Source: Polyangiales bacterium (GTDB lineage: Bacteria > Myxococcota_A > Polyangia > Polyangiales > Ga0077539). Taken from it: a stretch of 64,000 bases of DNA. Positions 1-9,190 of the stretch are shown piece by piece. The notes beneath the pieces were generated by a model. That model saw only the letters and a program-made list of their open reading frames with translations, was not told where the DNA came from and ran no database searches. The DNA is taken from positions 256,001-320,000 of the forward strand of contig JBGARZ010000007.1 of NCBI GenBank assembly GCA_044229975.1. Direction: 5' to 3'. A program made the position numbers and the translations under genes. The number at the start of each line of letters is the position of its first letter. The first letter of the stretch is position 1.

Positions 1-541
1 GCAGTCGACCGGGCTCGGTGAGCGCGAGCACGCGGCGCGCGGACGTGAACACCACCGCCAGCGCGTGCTCCAGGGGGAGGAGGCGGGGGGTGGTTCCGTC
101 GAGGGCCCAGGCGCGGCCGGAGTGGCCGACGTAGGCGATGGCTCCCTGCTGAAACACACCGCGCACGATGCCCTGCGAGAGCGCCTCGCCGGGCGGGCGC
201 GCGCTGTCCGGGACGGCCGCGATCACCCTCAACGGACCGAGGAAATCGGGCGCGGCGTAGAGGGTTCCGTCGGCGGAGGCGAAGCGCCAGCCGTCGGCGA
301 CACGCGCGGCCGACACCAACGGACGCACCGGGTACGGCGCGCGGGCGAGCTCGCTGTCGGTGCGACGAACGACCCCCGCGAGGTAGTGCCCATCGAGGAC
401 GCGGAGCGCGTCGGCGCCGGGGAGCTGGGCGGTCCATCGACCCGATGGAGGGGCGACCGAGAGGGCGTGACGGCGACCGCGGTGGCGACACCCGGGCGCG
501 GCGGAGAGCAGCGCGAGCGCGATCGCGACGCGACGGTTCAC
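1..541 (-). CDS. Putative lipoprotein (3'-partial, runs off the window)
   Basis: Not in the ORF track; read manually. GTG at 541 overlaps the upstream TGA (GTGA). Translates MNRRVAIALALLSAAPGC... (basic n-region, hydrophobic h-region, Cys) and stays open to position 1. Confidence 0.7.
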   Translation of the reverse strand, partial: MNRRVAIALALLSAAPGCRHRGRRHALSVAPPSGRWTAQLPGADALRVLDGHYLAGVVRRTDSELARAPYPVRPLVSAARVADGWRFASADGTLYAAPDFLGPLRVIAAVPDSARPPGEALSQGIVRGVFQQGAIAYVGHSGRAWALDGTTPRLLPLEHALAVVFTSARRVLALTEPGRL

Positions 542-1092
542 GGCGGTTGGAGCGCGGTGAAGAACGTCTCGACGGTGGTCCCGGCGGCGAAGCCCAACGC
601 GGCCTCGGCGAGGACGTCATCCGAGGTCCCGACCTGGTAGGCCTCCCACACGCGCCACGCCTCGTCGCCATCCGGGCCCAGCACCGCGAGCACGCTGCGA
701 CCGCGCGTCGGGCCGGCGCGACCCGCGGTGTCGTCGAAGGGGTTCTCGATGCGGCCGACGATGCGACCGCTCGCGTCGAGCTGCGTGATCGCCGTGTGCA
801 CGTCGAGCGTCACCCGCGCGTCCGCCGTCAACGCTCGTGCGCCGGTCGGCTGCGACGCGCGCGTCACCGTCGCGCCGTAGACCCGCATCGACACGCGGGC
901 CTCCGGGGTGAGCGCCACGTCCCGCGCGACGCCGTCGTCGGTCACCGCCAGCAGCGCCACCGAGAAGCCCTGCGCGAAGACCTCCGCGGGGCTCTGCGAC
1001 AGCGCGACGGGCGCGCGCAGCACCGACACCGGGTCGTCCGCGCAGGCCGCCGCCGCGACCGCGACCAGCACCGCGACCCGGCGACCGATCAC
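538..1092 (-). CDS. Putative lipoprotein, unknown function
   Basis: C-terminal part of ORF 538..1776. GTG at 1092 overlaps the stop of the upstream gene. Signal VIGRRVAVLVAVAAAAC with lipobox-like AAAC. Confidence 0.75.
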   Translation of the reverse strand: MIGRRVAVLVAVAAAACADDPVSVLRAPVALSQSPAEVFAQGFSVALLAVTDDGVARDVALTPEARVSMRVYGATVTRASQPTGARALTADARVTLDVHTAITQLDASGRIVGRIENPFDDTAGRAGPTRGRSVLAVLGPDGDEAWRVWEAYQVGTSDDVLAEAALGFAAGTTVETFFTALQPP

Positions 1093-1694
1093 TCCACCAG
1101 CCCCACGACGTTGCGGGTCTGCCGCGCCTGATCGACGGCGACCTTGAGCTCCTCGAAGACGCGTCGGCCGTCCTGCAAACCCGACAGCAGGAGTTGCGGT
1201 GACGTGTCGTCGTGCGCCACCACCCGCACCGTCGCCACGCCGAGCATCCGCTGCGTCAGCGACTGCTCGAAGGTCACGTCGCGCACCCGCCAGAGCTGGA
1301 GCGTCTCGATGCGCCGCGACAGAACACCCTCCTCCACGTCGATGGTGCGCGAGGTGAGCCGGTACTTCGTCGCCCGACGCTTGAGCTCGACCGCGACGAA
1401 GAGCACGAGGGACGCGACGACCAGCGCCGCACCCGCGATCAACCCGACCGGCTTGTGTTGCTCCAGCTTCACGTACAGCGCGGCGCCGCCCGCCACGCCG
1501 ACCACCGCGAGCAACCCGGCCAGCATGTAGCGGCCGTACCAGGCCTTCCACGAGGGCGTCCCGCCGTAGATCACCCGCGCCAGCTCGGCGGGCTTGTCCG
1601 CGACGGGGACGGGCTCGTTGAGCATCGATCCGCAGTGCCGACACTTGATGGCCGCGTCCTGGATTTCCTCCGCACAAAAGGGGCAGCGCTTCAT
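1089..1694 (-). CDS. Zinc-ribbon + two TM + bacterial PH (bPH_2-like) membrane protein
   Basis: N-terminal CPFCAEEI...KCRHCG, two hydrophobic helices, then YRLTSRTI.VEEGVLSR..ETLQLWRVRDV..EQSLTQRMLGVATV typical of bPH_2. Confidence 0.85.
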   Translation of the reverse strand: MKRCPFCAEEIQDAAIKCRHCGSMLNEPVPVADKPAELARVIYGGTPSWKAWYGRYMLAGLLAVVGVAGGAALYVKLEQHKPVGLIAGAALVVASLVLFVAVELKRRATKYRLTSRTIDVEEGVLSRRIETLQLWRVRDVTFEQSLTQRMLGVATVRVVAHDDTSPQLLLSGLQDGRRVFEELKVAVDQARQTRNVVGLVE

Positions 1695-1906
1695 AGGCCG
1701 AGCACTCTACACCCCCGCCGGAGCCGCCTTCATCATTCGAGATGTCCGTACAATGACCTGCGGCGTCGGCCAGCAATCACGGACGATTCTTTGACGGGAA
1801 CCGCCGTGATTTTGACGGGTCGGTCCACGCAAAGGCGTGGGGCAATCGGGGAGACGGCCCCGCTCGTCGGGTCGCGGAGCACAGCGGGCAAGTTTCTGGC
1901 GACGGT

Positions 1907-4900
1907 TCAGTCCGAGGCGGCGCCACCGGCGAGGCGGTGCTCGGTCCACTGCTCGGGGCGCAGGACGCTGCGCGCGAGGTCGAGGTTGCGCGCGTGGTGC
2001 GTGAGCAGCAGCACCTGGGTCTTGGTCGCGAGCTCGGCCAGCACCTCCAGGCCGGCCGAGGCGCGCTCGTCGTCGAAGTGGATGAAGATGTCGTCGAGCA
2101 CCAGCGGCATCGGCTCCTGCGCGTCGAGGTGCTGCTCCAGGCTGGCCAGACGCAGCGAGAGGAAGAGCTGGTCGAGCGTCCCGTCACTCAAGGCGTCTTC
2201 CACCTCCACGAGCTGGCCCCGCCGGACGCACCGCAGCTTCGCCTTGTCGTCCTGGTAGACCACCTGGATCTGCTCGTACCGCCCCCGCGTCAGCCGCTCG
2301 AAGAGCCGGCTCGCCCGCTGGAGGATCGCGCCTTCGTGGTTCTTGCGGTAGCGCTCGACCCCGCGACGCAGCACCGCCGCCCCCAGCCGCAGCCGCGCGC
2401 ACCGCTCGGCCTGCGATCGCGCCAGCGCGAGGTGCTCCTGCGCCTCCGCCACCGAGGCCGCCGCGTCGTCGCGACCCGACGCCTGCCGCTCACGCTCACG
2501 CAGTGCGCCGACCTTCTCGCCGAGCGCGTGGCGGTCCTCGTCGGTGCGCTTGTGCTCCTCCTCCAGCCGCGCGATCGCCGTCTCCAACTGGTCGCTGTCG
2601 GTCTCCGCGAGCGCCTGCTCCAGCGACCCGATCGACCAGCCTTCGCCCGCTTCCATCAACCGCTGCTCGGCCTGCGTCTGTCGCTCACCGATCGCCCGCG
2701 CGCGATCCGAACGCTCCTCCGCCGCCTCCAGCTCCTCGCGGCTCGTGCATCCCGTCTCGCGCAGGAGAGCGTCCCATCGGTGCTGCGCCGTCTCTCGGAG
2801 CAGCTCGGCGTCTTGCAGGTCGCGCTGGAGCTTGTCCACCTGCTCGTCGAGCGTGCGCCGTCGCGCCGCGTCCCGCACCGCCGCGGCGTGCTTCGCGATG
2901 AGCGCGTCGGCCACCTCCGTCGTCGTTCCTACGAGCTCCGGAGCCAGTGCGAGCGCCTGCGCGCCCACCGCCTCGTCGAAGAGCTTCATCTGCTTCTTGA
3001 TGGCCTTGAGGCGCACCTCTTGCCGCTCGCAGCGATCCTCTTCGCGGAAGAGCTCGTCGAGCCGCGCGAGCACTGCGTTGGCCTCCGCGGGCAATGCGCT
3101 CGGCGGCAGTCGCAGCGAGCCCATCGCCTCGCCCCACTGCGCCTGCCACTCGGTCAGCGCTCGCTCCCGTTCGGTCACCTGCGCCGCGGCCGAGGCGAGC
3201 TCCTGCTCCAGCGTCGCCACCTCCGCGCGCAGCGACGCCTCCGCCGCGGCCTGCTTCTCCGCCGCCGAAAGCGTGTGCTCGACATGCAGGAAGAGCGTCA
3301 GCCACGACGCCTCTGCGGGCAGCGCCACGCCCGCGAGCGTGAGCCCGCCTTCCAGCGATCGACGCTGCTCGTCCCTCGTGCGCTCCAGCCCCGCGAGCTC
3401 GGCCGCCGCTTCGTCGCGCTGCCGCAGCACCTCCACGAGCTCGACGTGACGCTTGCGCCACGCGCGCATCTCCTTCGGCGACAGCGGCGCAAACCCGCAC
3501 GGCGCCCAGCGCTCCCGCCACGCCTCGCGGTGCGCCTGCGCCACCGCCTCGACCGCCGCGAGCTCCGTCGTCGCCGCCGCGATGGCCGCGAGCGCCGTCG
3601 CCTCTTCGCGCTGGAGCGCTGCGAGCTGTGCGGCGCGCTCGGACTCACGCCGCAGCCGGTCGGCGAGCTCGTCTGCCGCCTGCACCGACGCTCCGTAGGC
3701 CGCCCGCAGCGACACCCCGGGCGCAAACTCCCAGTCGATCTCCTCGGGCTCTTCCTTCGCCGACCACGCGCGCTGCACCCGCGACCAACCGAGCTCGCGC
3801 CGCTCTCGCGCCGCCGCGAGCTGCGCCTCCGTCGGAACCGAGCCCGCGTCGGTCAATCGTCCGATGCGCTGGCGAATGCCCTCCAGCTCGCTCGCCCGTT
3901 GCTCCTGAGCGCGCACCAACCGACGACGCGCCTCCTCGTCCTCGTCGAGCTCCCTCTCGCTCCGATGAACGCTCTCCTCCGACGGAACCGCCAGCCCCGC
4001 GACCTCCTCCAACGCCCCTTGCCACGGCGCGAGCCCCACCAGCGCCTGCTGCGCTCGCGCAGTGCGCTGGGCGACCTTCGCGCGCGCCTCGCTCGCCTGC
4101 TCATCGAGCTTGCGATCGGGCCGCAGCAGCGACCACGTCGAGCGCAGCACCGCCACGTCGACAGCCGCCGGGAGCGCCGTGAGCTCCTGCGTTCGCAGCG
4201 CGAGGCGCGTGCGGCGCGACGCGACCTCCGCCCGAAGCTGATCGAGGCCCGCGCGGAGCTGGAGGCCCGTCTTCTCCAGCGCCCCGATGCGTAGCACCGC
4301 GGCCTCGCTCACCCGGATGCTCTCGAGCGCCGAGGTCTCCAGCGTCGGCAATCCCAGGTCACGGAGAATCTCCCGCTCCCGATTGCGGAAGCCCATGATC
4401 TCCTTGATGACGCCGGGCTGATCCTTCTGCTCGGTCTTGTACTTCCCGAGGTCTTCGGTGAGCTGCTTGATGCGCGCCTCGGCGTGCAGCAGCTCGTCGG
4501 GCACCACCAGCGCGTCGCGCTCCTGGCGCGCCCAGCCGATGTCCGCCGTCGCCTTCCTCACGCTCTGCTCCGCCGCCTCCAGCGCGTGGGTGATCTCCCG
4601 CCGCTGCTGCGCCACATCCCGCGACAGGAGGCGTACGTCACCCATGGCCGCCCGCTCGGTCAGCGCCTCGGCGCGCGCCCGCACCCACGGCAGCGCCCGC
4701 TGCAATCGCTCCAGTCGATGCTGGTCGGTCTTGAGCTTCACCAGCGCCTCGGAGAGCTCACTGCGCTTCGCCTCCGCGGCCTCGATCTCGTCCTGAAGCT
4801 CCTTCCAGTCCTTGGCCGGGAGCGCGCGCTCCTTCACCCGCTTGAGCTGATCGCGGTATGCCGCGAGGGACTTGTGCACGGCCCCAGCGCTGCCCGCGGG

Positions 4901-5422
4901 CGAGAGCAGCTTGTCGGCCTCGGCCTCCATCTTCCCGAGGGCCGTCTGCAATGCGGTGCCGTTGAGCGCCGCGCCGAAGAGCATCTCGCCGAGGCTCGTC
5001 CTGGGGTTGGTGAGCGCCTCACCGGCGGCCCGCAACTGCACATGATCGAGCCCGAACATCAGCTCGAACTGCTTGCGATCGGTGACGCTCAACCACGACC
5101 GCAGCGACGACTCGTCGATCACCGCGCCGGCCTCGTCGAGCAGCGTCCCCTGCTTGCCCTTCTTGCGGACGAACACCCGCTCTTCGCTGTTGGAGTGCCG
5201 CAGCCGCGCGCCGATGCGGAGGTCGGCCATGGCGTGCTGGTGCGCGTCGCCGGTCTGCTGCTCGATGCCGTAGAGCAGCGCGCTGATGGCGCGGAGCGTG
5301 GTGCTCTTCCCCGCCTCGTTGGGCCCGTAGATGATGTGCAGGTCGGGGCCGCCGTGGGGCAGCACGAGCGCGCGCTTCGTGAAGGGACCGTACGCCAGCA
5401 GGTCGAGGCGGAGGATCTTCAC
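1907..5422 (-). CDS. yhaN: YhaN-family SMC/SbcC-like coiled-coil ATPase
   Basis: Start VKILRLDLLAYGPF (GTG 5422 overlaps yhaO stop). Walker A GPNEAGKST, long coiled coil, signature LSDGTLDQLFLSLRLA, Walker B LDDIFIHFDDER, H-loop LLTHH. Confidence 0.9.
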   Translation of the reverse strand: MKILRLDLLAYGPFTKRALVLPHGGPDLHIIYGPNEAGKSTTLRAISALLYGIEQQTGDAHQHAMADLRIGARLRHSNSEERVFVRKKGKQGTLLDEAGAVIDESSLRSWLSVTDRKQFELMFGLDHVQLRAAGEALTNPRTSLGEMLFGAALNGTALQTALGKMEAEADKLLSPAGSAGAVHKSLAAYRDQLKRVKERALPAKDWKELQDEIEAAEAKRSELSEALVKLKTDQHRLERLQRALPWVRARAEALTERAAMGDVRLLSRDVAQQRREITHALEAAEQSVRKATADIGWARQERDALVVPDELLHAEARIKQLTEDLGKYKTEQKDQPGVIKEIMGFRNREREILRDLGLPTLETSALESIRVSEAAVLRIGALEKTGLQLRAGLDQLRAEVASRRTRLALRTQELTALPAAVDVAVLRSTWSLLRPDRKLDEQASEARAKVAQRTARAQQALVGLAPWQGALEEVAGLAVPSEESVHRSERELDEDEEARRRLVRAQEQRASELEGIRQRIGRLTDAGSVPTEAQLAAARERRELGWSRVQRAWSAKEEPEEIDWEFAPGVSLRAAYGASVQAADELADRLRRESERAAQLAALQREEATALAAIAAATTELAAVEAVAQAHREAWRERWAPCGFAPLSPKEMRAWRKRHVELVEVLRQRDEAAAELAGLERTRDEQRRSLEGGLTLAGVALPAEASWLTLFLHVEHTLSAAEKQAAAEASLRAEVATLEQELASAAAQVTERERALTEWQAQWGEAMGSLRLPPSALPAEANAVLARLDELFREEDRCERQEVRLKAIKKQMKLFDEAVGAQALALAPELVGTTTEVADALIAKHAAAVRDAARRRTLDEQVDKLQRDLQDAELLRETAQHRWDALLRETGCTSREELEAAEERSDRARAIGERQTQAEQRLMEAGEGWSIGSLEQALAETDSDQLETAIARLEEEHKRTDEDRHALGEKVGALRERERQASGRDDAAASVAEAQEHLALARSQAERCARLRLGAAVLRRGVERYRKNHEGAILQRASRLFERLTRGRYEQIQVVYQDDKAKLRCVRRGQLVEVEDALSDGTLDQLFLSLRLASLEQHLDAQEPMPLVLDDIFIHFDDERASAGLEVLAELATKTQVLLLTHHARNLDLARSVLRPEQWTEHRLAGGAASD

Positions 5423-6675
5423 GCGCCGTCCCCCCCTTCGAGCAGCAGCGGGATGAGCATCTGCTCCACGTCGTCGAGCATCTCGCGCACCGACTCGGCG
5501 CGGTCGAAGGCCGGGCGATCGGACTCCTCCACGACGGAGAACTTCTCTTGCAGACCCGACAGCTCGGCGGCGAGCGCGGCGAGCGCAGCCGGGTCGTGGC
5601 GGTCGGCGTCGAGCGTGCGCAGCAGCTCGCCGAGGGGCGTCGACCGTTGGCGCATCGCCACCAGATCGATGGGCGAGCGCGTCTCGAAGAGAACCTTCTC
5701 CACCCACACATCACTGAGCTCGGTGCCGCGCGCGCGTACTTCGTTGGTCCAGCGTTCGAGGTCGCCGACGAGCTCGCGGTGGGCCTCGCTCGCGCCCGTG
5801 AGCCGCACTCGTATCGCCATGGGCTTGTCGCCTTCGGACTGTCGCAGCGCCGCGAGGCTCTGGTGCACCTGGTCGACCGCCGCCGAGGCCGATCGCGCCG
5901 TAGCCACCGACACCTCGCGCAGCGCCCAGCGCATCACGTCGTAGTCGCGGTGTTCGAGCGTCGGGCGCCCGTCGGTGACGGTCACCAGCGTCGCGCCCTT
6001 GGGTCCGGTCTCGCGGATGTGGCGCCCCTGGAGGTTGCCCGGGAAGAGCACCGGGGGGTCGGCGTGGAGGAGCTGTCGCCTGTGCACGTGGCCGAGGGCC
6101 CAGTAGTCGTACCCGCGCTCGACGAGTCCCTGCACGCTGCACGGCGCGTAGGTCGCGTGCTCCGACGAGCTCCCGCTGGCGCTGGTGTGGAGCAGCCCGA
6201 TGTTGAACATCCCGGCGACGGGCTTCGGGTACTTGAGCGAGAGGTCTTCGGTGGCGTCCTGCTTGCCGTAGCTCTGTCCGTGGAGCGCGACGCCGATCTC
6301 TTCCATCGTCGCCGTGTCGGGCTTCGTCGACGAGAAGACGTGCATGTTGTCGAGCGGTCGGAGGGACCTGGTCATCGTGTTTTCGGCGTCGTGGTTGCCG
6401 CGAACGATGAACACCCGGATGCCCGCCGCCTTGAGCCGCGCCATCTGCTGGAGCAGGAAGAGCCCGGTGTTGTAGTCCTTCCAGTCGCGGTCGTAGAGGT
6501 CGCCGACGAGCAGCAGGAAGGCGACGGGCTGCGCGATGCAGTCGTTGACGAGGTTGACGAAGGCCTGCCGCGTGGCGGCGCGCACCTCGGCGACGGGCGC
6601 GCCCTGGTAGCGCTCCAGACCCTTCAACGGACTATCGAGGTGGATGTCCGCCGCGTGCATGAACCTGAACGTCAT
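5419..6675 (-). CDS. yhaO: YhaO-family Mre11/SbcD-like metallophosphoesterase nuclease
   Basis: Motifs HAADIHLDSPL, GDLYD, GNHD, GLLHT, YWALGHVH, PGNLQGRH. ATG 6675. Confidence 0.92.
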   Translation of the reverse strand: MTFRFMHAADIHLDSPLKGLERYQGAPVAEVRAATRQAFVNLVNDCIAQPVAFLLLVGDLYDRDWKDYNTGLFLLQQMARLKAAGIRVFIVRGNHDAENTMTRSLRPLDNMHVFSSTKPDTATMEEIGVALHGQSYGKQDATEDLSLKYPKPVAGMFNIGLLHTSASGSSSEHATYAPCSVQGLVERGYDYWALGHVHRRQLLHADPPVLFPGNLQGRHIRETGPKGATLVTVTDGRPTLEHRDYDVMRWALREVSVATARSASAAVDQVHQSLAALRQSEGDKPMAIRVRLTGASEAHRELVGDLERWTNEVRARGTELSDVWVEKVLFETRSPIDLVAMRQRSTPLGELLRTLDADRHDPAALAALAAELSGLQEKFSVVEESDRPAFDRAESVREMLDDVEQMLIPLLLEGGDGA

Positions 6676-6790
6676 CGCTGCCCCCTCGAAGACTCCATGA
6701 AACAAGGAGCGGCATGCTGCCTCAACGCAGTGGGGCTGTCAGCTTGCGGCGGAGGTTCTCGGCGCGGGTGAAGTCCCGTAGGCTCGACGG

Positions 6791-7702
6791 ATGTTGTCGC
6801 GCGACGAGGTGCTCAAGCGGTTCGAGTCGCTTCGTCAGGCGCCCAAGGCGGGCGGGGGGAGGGCGCCGCACAAGCCGCTGCTCGCGCTCTATCTCCTCGG
6901 TCGCATCCAGCAGGAGCGCGCGGCGCTGGCGGGTGCTCCGCTGGTGGTTCCGTACGCGAGCGCGGAGCCCATCGTGAGCGCGCTCATCACGGAGTTTGGT
7001 CCACCAGGGAAGGGCGCCCACCGCGGCGCGATGCCCTTCTTCCACCTCGATCGCTCGGTGTGGCTGCCCGAGGGCGACGGGCTCTCGCCGACGCACTCGG
7101 TGCTGCGCGACCGCCAGGCCGTGGGGCGCTTCGTGCCGGAGGTGGACGAGGCGCTGCGAAGCGAACCGACGCTGGTCATCGAGATCGCCCAGCGGCTGCT
7201 CGCGACCAACTTCCCCGAGAGCTACTTCGAGCCGATCTGTCGCTCGGTGGGGCTCGACCTCGAAGCGCCGGCCGCGTCGAAGAAGAAGCGGGCGCGCGAC
7301 TCGGAGTTTCGTCCCAACGTGCTGCGCGCGTACGACCACTCGTGCGCGTTTTGCGGCTACGACGGGATGGTGAGCGACGCCTCGACGCTGCTGGCGCCCG
7401 TGGCGCTCGCGGCGGCGCACGTGCGGTGGCACGCGCTGGAGGGGCCCGACGAGGTGTCCAACGGCCTCGCGCTGTGCGACGTGCACCACACGCTCTTCGA
7501 CCGCGGGCTGCTGGGCGTGGATGACGCGCGTCGCATCGTGGTGAGCCCGTCGTTCAGCGGGCGCAGCGAGGCGTCGCGGCGGGTGGTGCGGGCGCTCGAT
7601 CAGCAGCCGTTGAGGGAGCCGTCGGCGTCGCGCGATCGGGTCGACGATCGGCACTTCGGGTGGCACCGCGAGCAGGTGTTTCGTCTGGGGTCGGCCGCCT
7701 GA
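6791..7702 (+). CDS. HNH endonuclease with N-terminal sulfur-binding-like domain (putative phosphorothioate-dependent type IV restriction enzyme)
   Basis: RAPHKPLLALYLLG and MPFFHL (SBD-like), RARDSEFRPNVLRAY..CAFCG, AAHVRW, NGLALCDVHHTLFDRG, WHREQVF. Confidence 0.8.
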   Translation: MLSRDEVLKRFESLRQAPKAGGGRAPHKPLLALYLLGRIQQERAALAGAPLVVPYASAEPIVSALITEFGPPGKGAHRGAMPFFHLDRSVWLPEGDGLSPTHSVLRDRQAVGRFVPEVDEALRSEPTLVIEIAQRLLATNFPESYFEPICRSVGLDLEAPAASKKKRARDSEFRPNVLRAYDHSCAFCGYDGMVSDASTLLAPVALAAAHVRWHALEGPDEVSNGLALCDVHHTLFDRGLLGVDDARRIVVSPSFSGRSEASRRVVRALDQQPLREPSASRDRVDDRHFGWHREQVFRLGSAA

Positions 7703-7721
7703 GGGGACTACGCTGGGGCCA

Positions 7722-8105
7722 ATGCTCCCCAAGGTCGCTCTCTGGATCAACGCGCTCGTCTTCGTCGCGCTCGGCGTGTGGCTCATCGTCGATCCGGTCG
7801 GCGGGCTCAGCGGGGTCGACGTGACGGCGCGGTCGCCTGTCGGCGCGACGGAGCTGCGCGCGATGTACGGCGGCCTGGAGCTGGGCCTCGGGGTGTTCGG
7901 TGCGCTCGCGGCGCGACGCCCGGCGTGGCAGGTGCCCGCGCTGTGGGCGTTTACGCTGGCGGTGGGCGGCCTCGGTGCGGTGCGCGGGCTGAGCTCGCTG
8001 CTCACGGCGGGGCACTCGCCGATGCTCTGGGCGCTGTTCGCGACGGAGACGGTGGGGACGGTGGTCAACGTCGCGGCGCTCCGTCAGGCGCAGCGCGCGG
8101 CGTAG
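7722..8105 (+). CDS. Small membrane protein (DUF4345-like)
   Basis: About 4 TM helices with motif TELRAMYGGLELGLG and GAVRGLS. Confidence 0.75.
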   Translation: MLPKVALWINALVFVALGVWLIVDPVGGLSGVDVTARSPVGATELRAMYGGLELGLGVFGALAARRPAWQVPALWAFTLAVGGLGAVRGLSSLLTAGHSPMLWALFATETVGTVVNVAALRQAQRAA

Positions 8106-8151
8106 GCATCCGAGTGGTCGCCTCGTGAAGCGGCGTGAGAGCATCGGGGCG

Positions 8152-8610
8152 ATGTCACGCCAACCGATCCCGACGTGGTTCTTCGCGCTGACGGTGGTCC
8201 GACTGGGGAGGCGCTTTTTGCTGGTGCACGAGCGCAAGCACGGGCAGCTCTGGTACCTGCCTGCGGGGCGCGTCGAGCCCGGTGAGACCCTCGTTGACGG
8301 CGCATTGCGCGAGACCCTGGAGGAGACCAGCGTCCCAGTGGTGCTGGAGGGCGTGCTGCGCGTGGAGCACTCGCCGATGGCGGGCGGTGATGCTCGCTGT
8401 CGGGTGTTCTTCCTGGCGCGACCGGTCGACGACACTGCCCCGCTCGCGGCACCCAACGAGCACTCGCTGGAGGCCCGCTGGGTCACCATCGAAGAGATCG
8501 CGGCGCTGCCGCTGCGGGGCGACGAGGTGCTCGCCGTCTGCCGCTACGTCCTCGCGGGCGGAGCGGTGCACCCGATGAACGTGCTCACGGCGGAGGGCGC
8601 GCCGTGGTGA
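8152..8610 (+). CDS. NUDIX hydrolase
   Basis: Nudix box GRVEPGETLVDGALRETLEETS preceded by WYLPAG. Confidence 0.88.
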   Translation: MSRQPIPTWFFALTVVRLGRRFLLVHERKHGQLWYLPAGRVEPGETLVDGALRETLEETSVPVVLEGVLRVEHSPMAGGDARCRVFFLARPVDDTAPLAAPNEHSLEARWVTIEEIAALPLRGDEVLAVCRYVLAGGAVHPMNVLTAEGAPW

Positions 8611-8966
8611 CCTTCGTGCGCCTCGACCATGTGCAGCTCGCGATGCCGATCGGCGGTGAAGCGACGGCTCGCTCGTACTACGTCGACCTCCTGGGCATGA
8701 TCGAAGAGCCGAAGCCCGCCGCGCTGGCGGCGCGTGGTGGCTGCTGGTTTCGCGCGGGCGATGTGGCGTTGCACCTCGGCGCCGAAGGAGACTTCCGGGC
8801 GGCGCGGAAGGCACATCCCTGCGTGCTCATCGACGGCCTCGACGCGCTCGCTCGACGGCTCGTCGATGGCGGGCGCGAGGTGCGTTGGAGCGACGAGGTT
8901 CCGGGCGTGAGGCGCTTCCACACCGACGATCCATTCGGCAACCGGTTGGAGTTCATCGCCGCCTGA
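8607..8966 (+). CDS. VOC/glyoxalase family protein
   Basis: LDHVQLAMP, LHLG, KAHP, DPFGNRLEFI. GTG overlaps the NUDIX stop. Confidence 0.88.
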   Translation: MTFVRLDHVQLAMPIGGEATARSYYVDLLGMIEEPKPAALAARGGCWFRAGDVALHLGAEGDFRAARKAHPCVLIDGLDALARRLVDGGREVRWSDEVPGVRRFHTDDPFGNRLEFIAA

Positions 8967-8997
8967 AGCGGACGGGGGCCGTGCGCGGAGAGAGAGA

Positions 8998-9134
8998 GGG
9001 CCGCCAGGGCGCAAGGGTCGCAAGGGAGACGCGTTTTCACGGCAAACAGCGATTTCGCGGTGTGGGCTCGTACGCCCCGAGCCCCTCGCCATCCATCTCT
9101 CTCATCCCTTGCGACCCTTGCGTCCTGGCGGCCC
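8998..9134. repeat. REP/REPIN-like inverted repeat (30-bp arms, 77-bp spacer)
   Basis: GGGCCGCCAGGGCGCAAGGGTCGCAAGGGA (8998-9027) matches the reverse complement of 9105-9134 at 29 of 30 positions. A small internal hairpin GGGCTCG..CGAGCCC lies in the spacer. Confidence 0.8.
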
Positions 9135-9190
9135 AATCTCTGTCGACCGCCGAGCCAGTCGCGCGTGCGTTCCGCGGTACAACCGACCCG

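Noticed and set aside
1937..4294. Long antisense/alternate-frame ORFs (this one, 12002..13897, 30254..32926, 16889..18667, 18472..20322 and many others)
   Set aside because: Shadow ORFs expected in high-GC DNA; Arg/Pro/Gly-rich translations with no motifs, opposite well-supported genes.
8998..9134. Rifamycin-associated element (RAE) for the HelD-like gene
   Set aside because: Shares only GCAAGG words with the short RAE palindrome, has a different structure, and is about 800 bp and one gene upstream.
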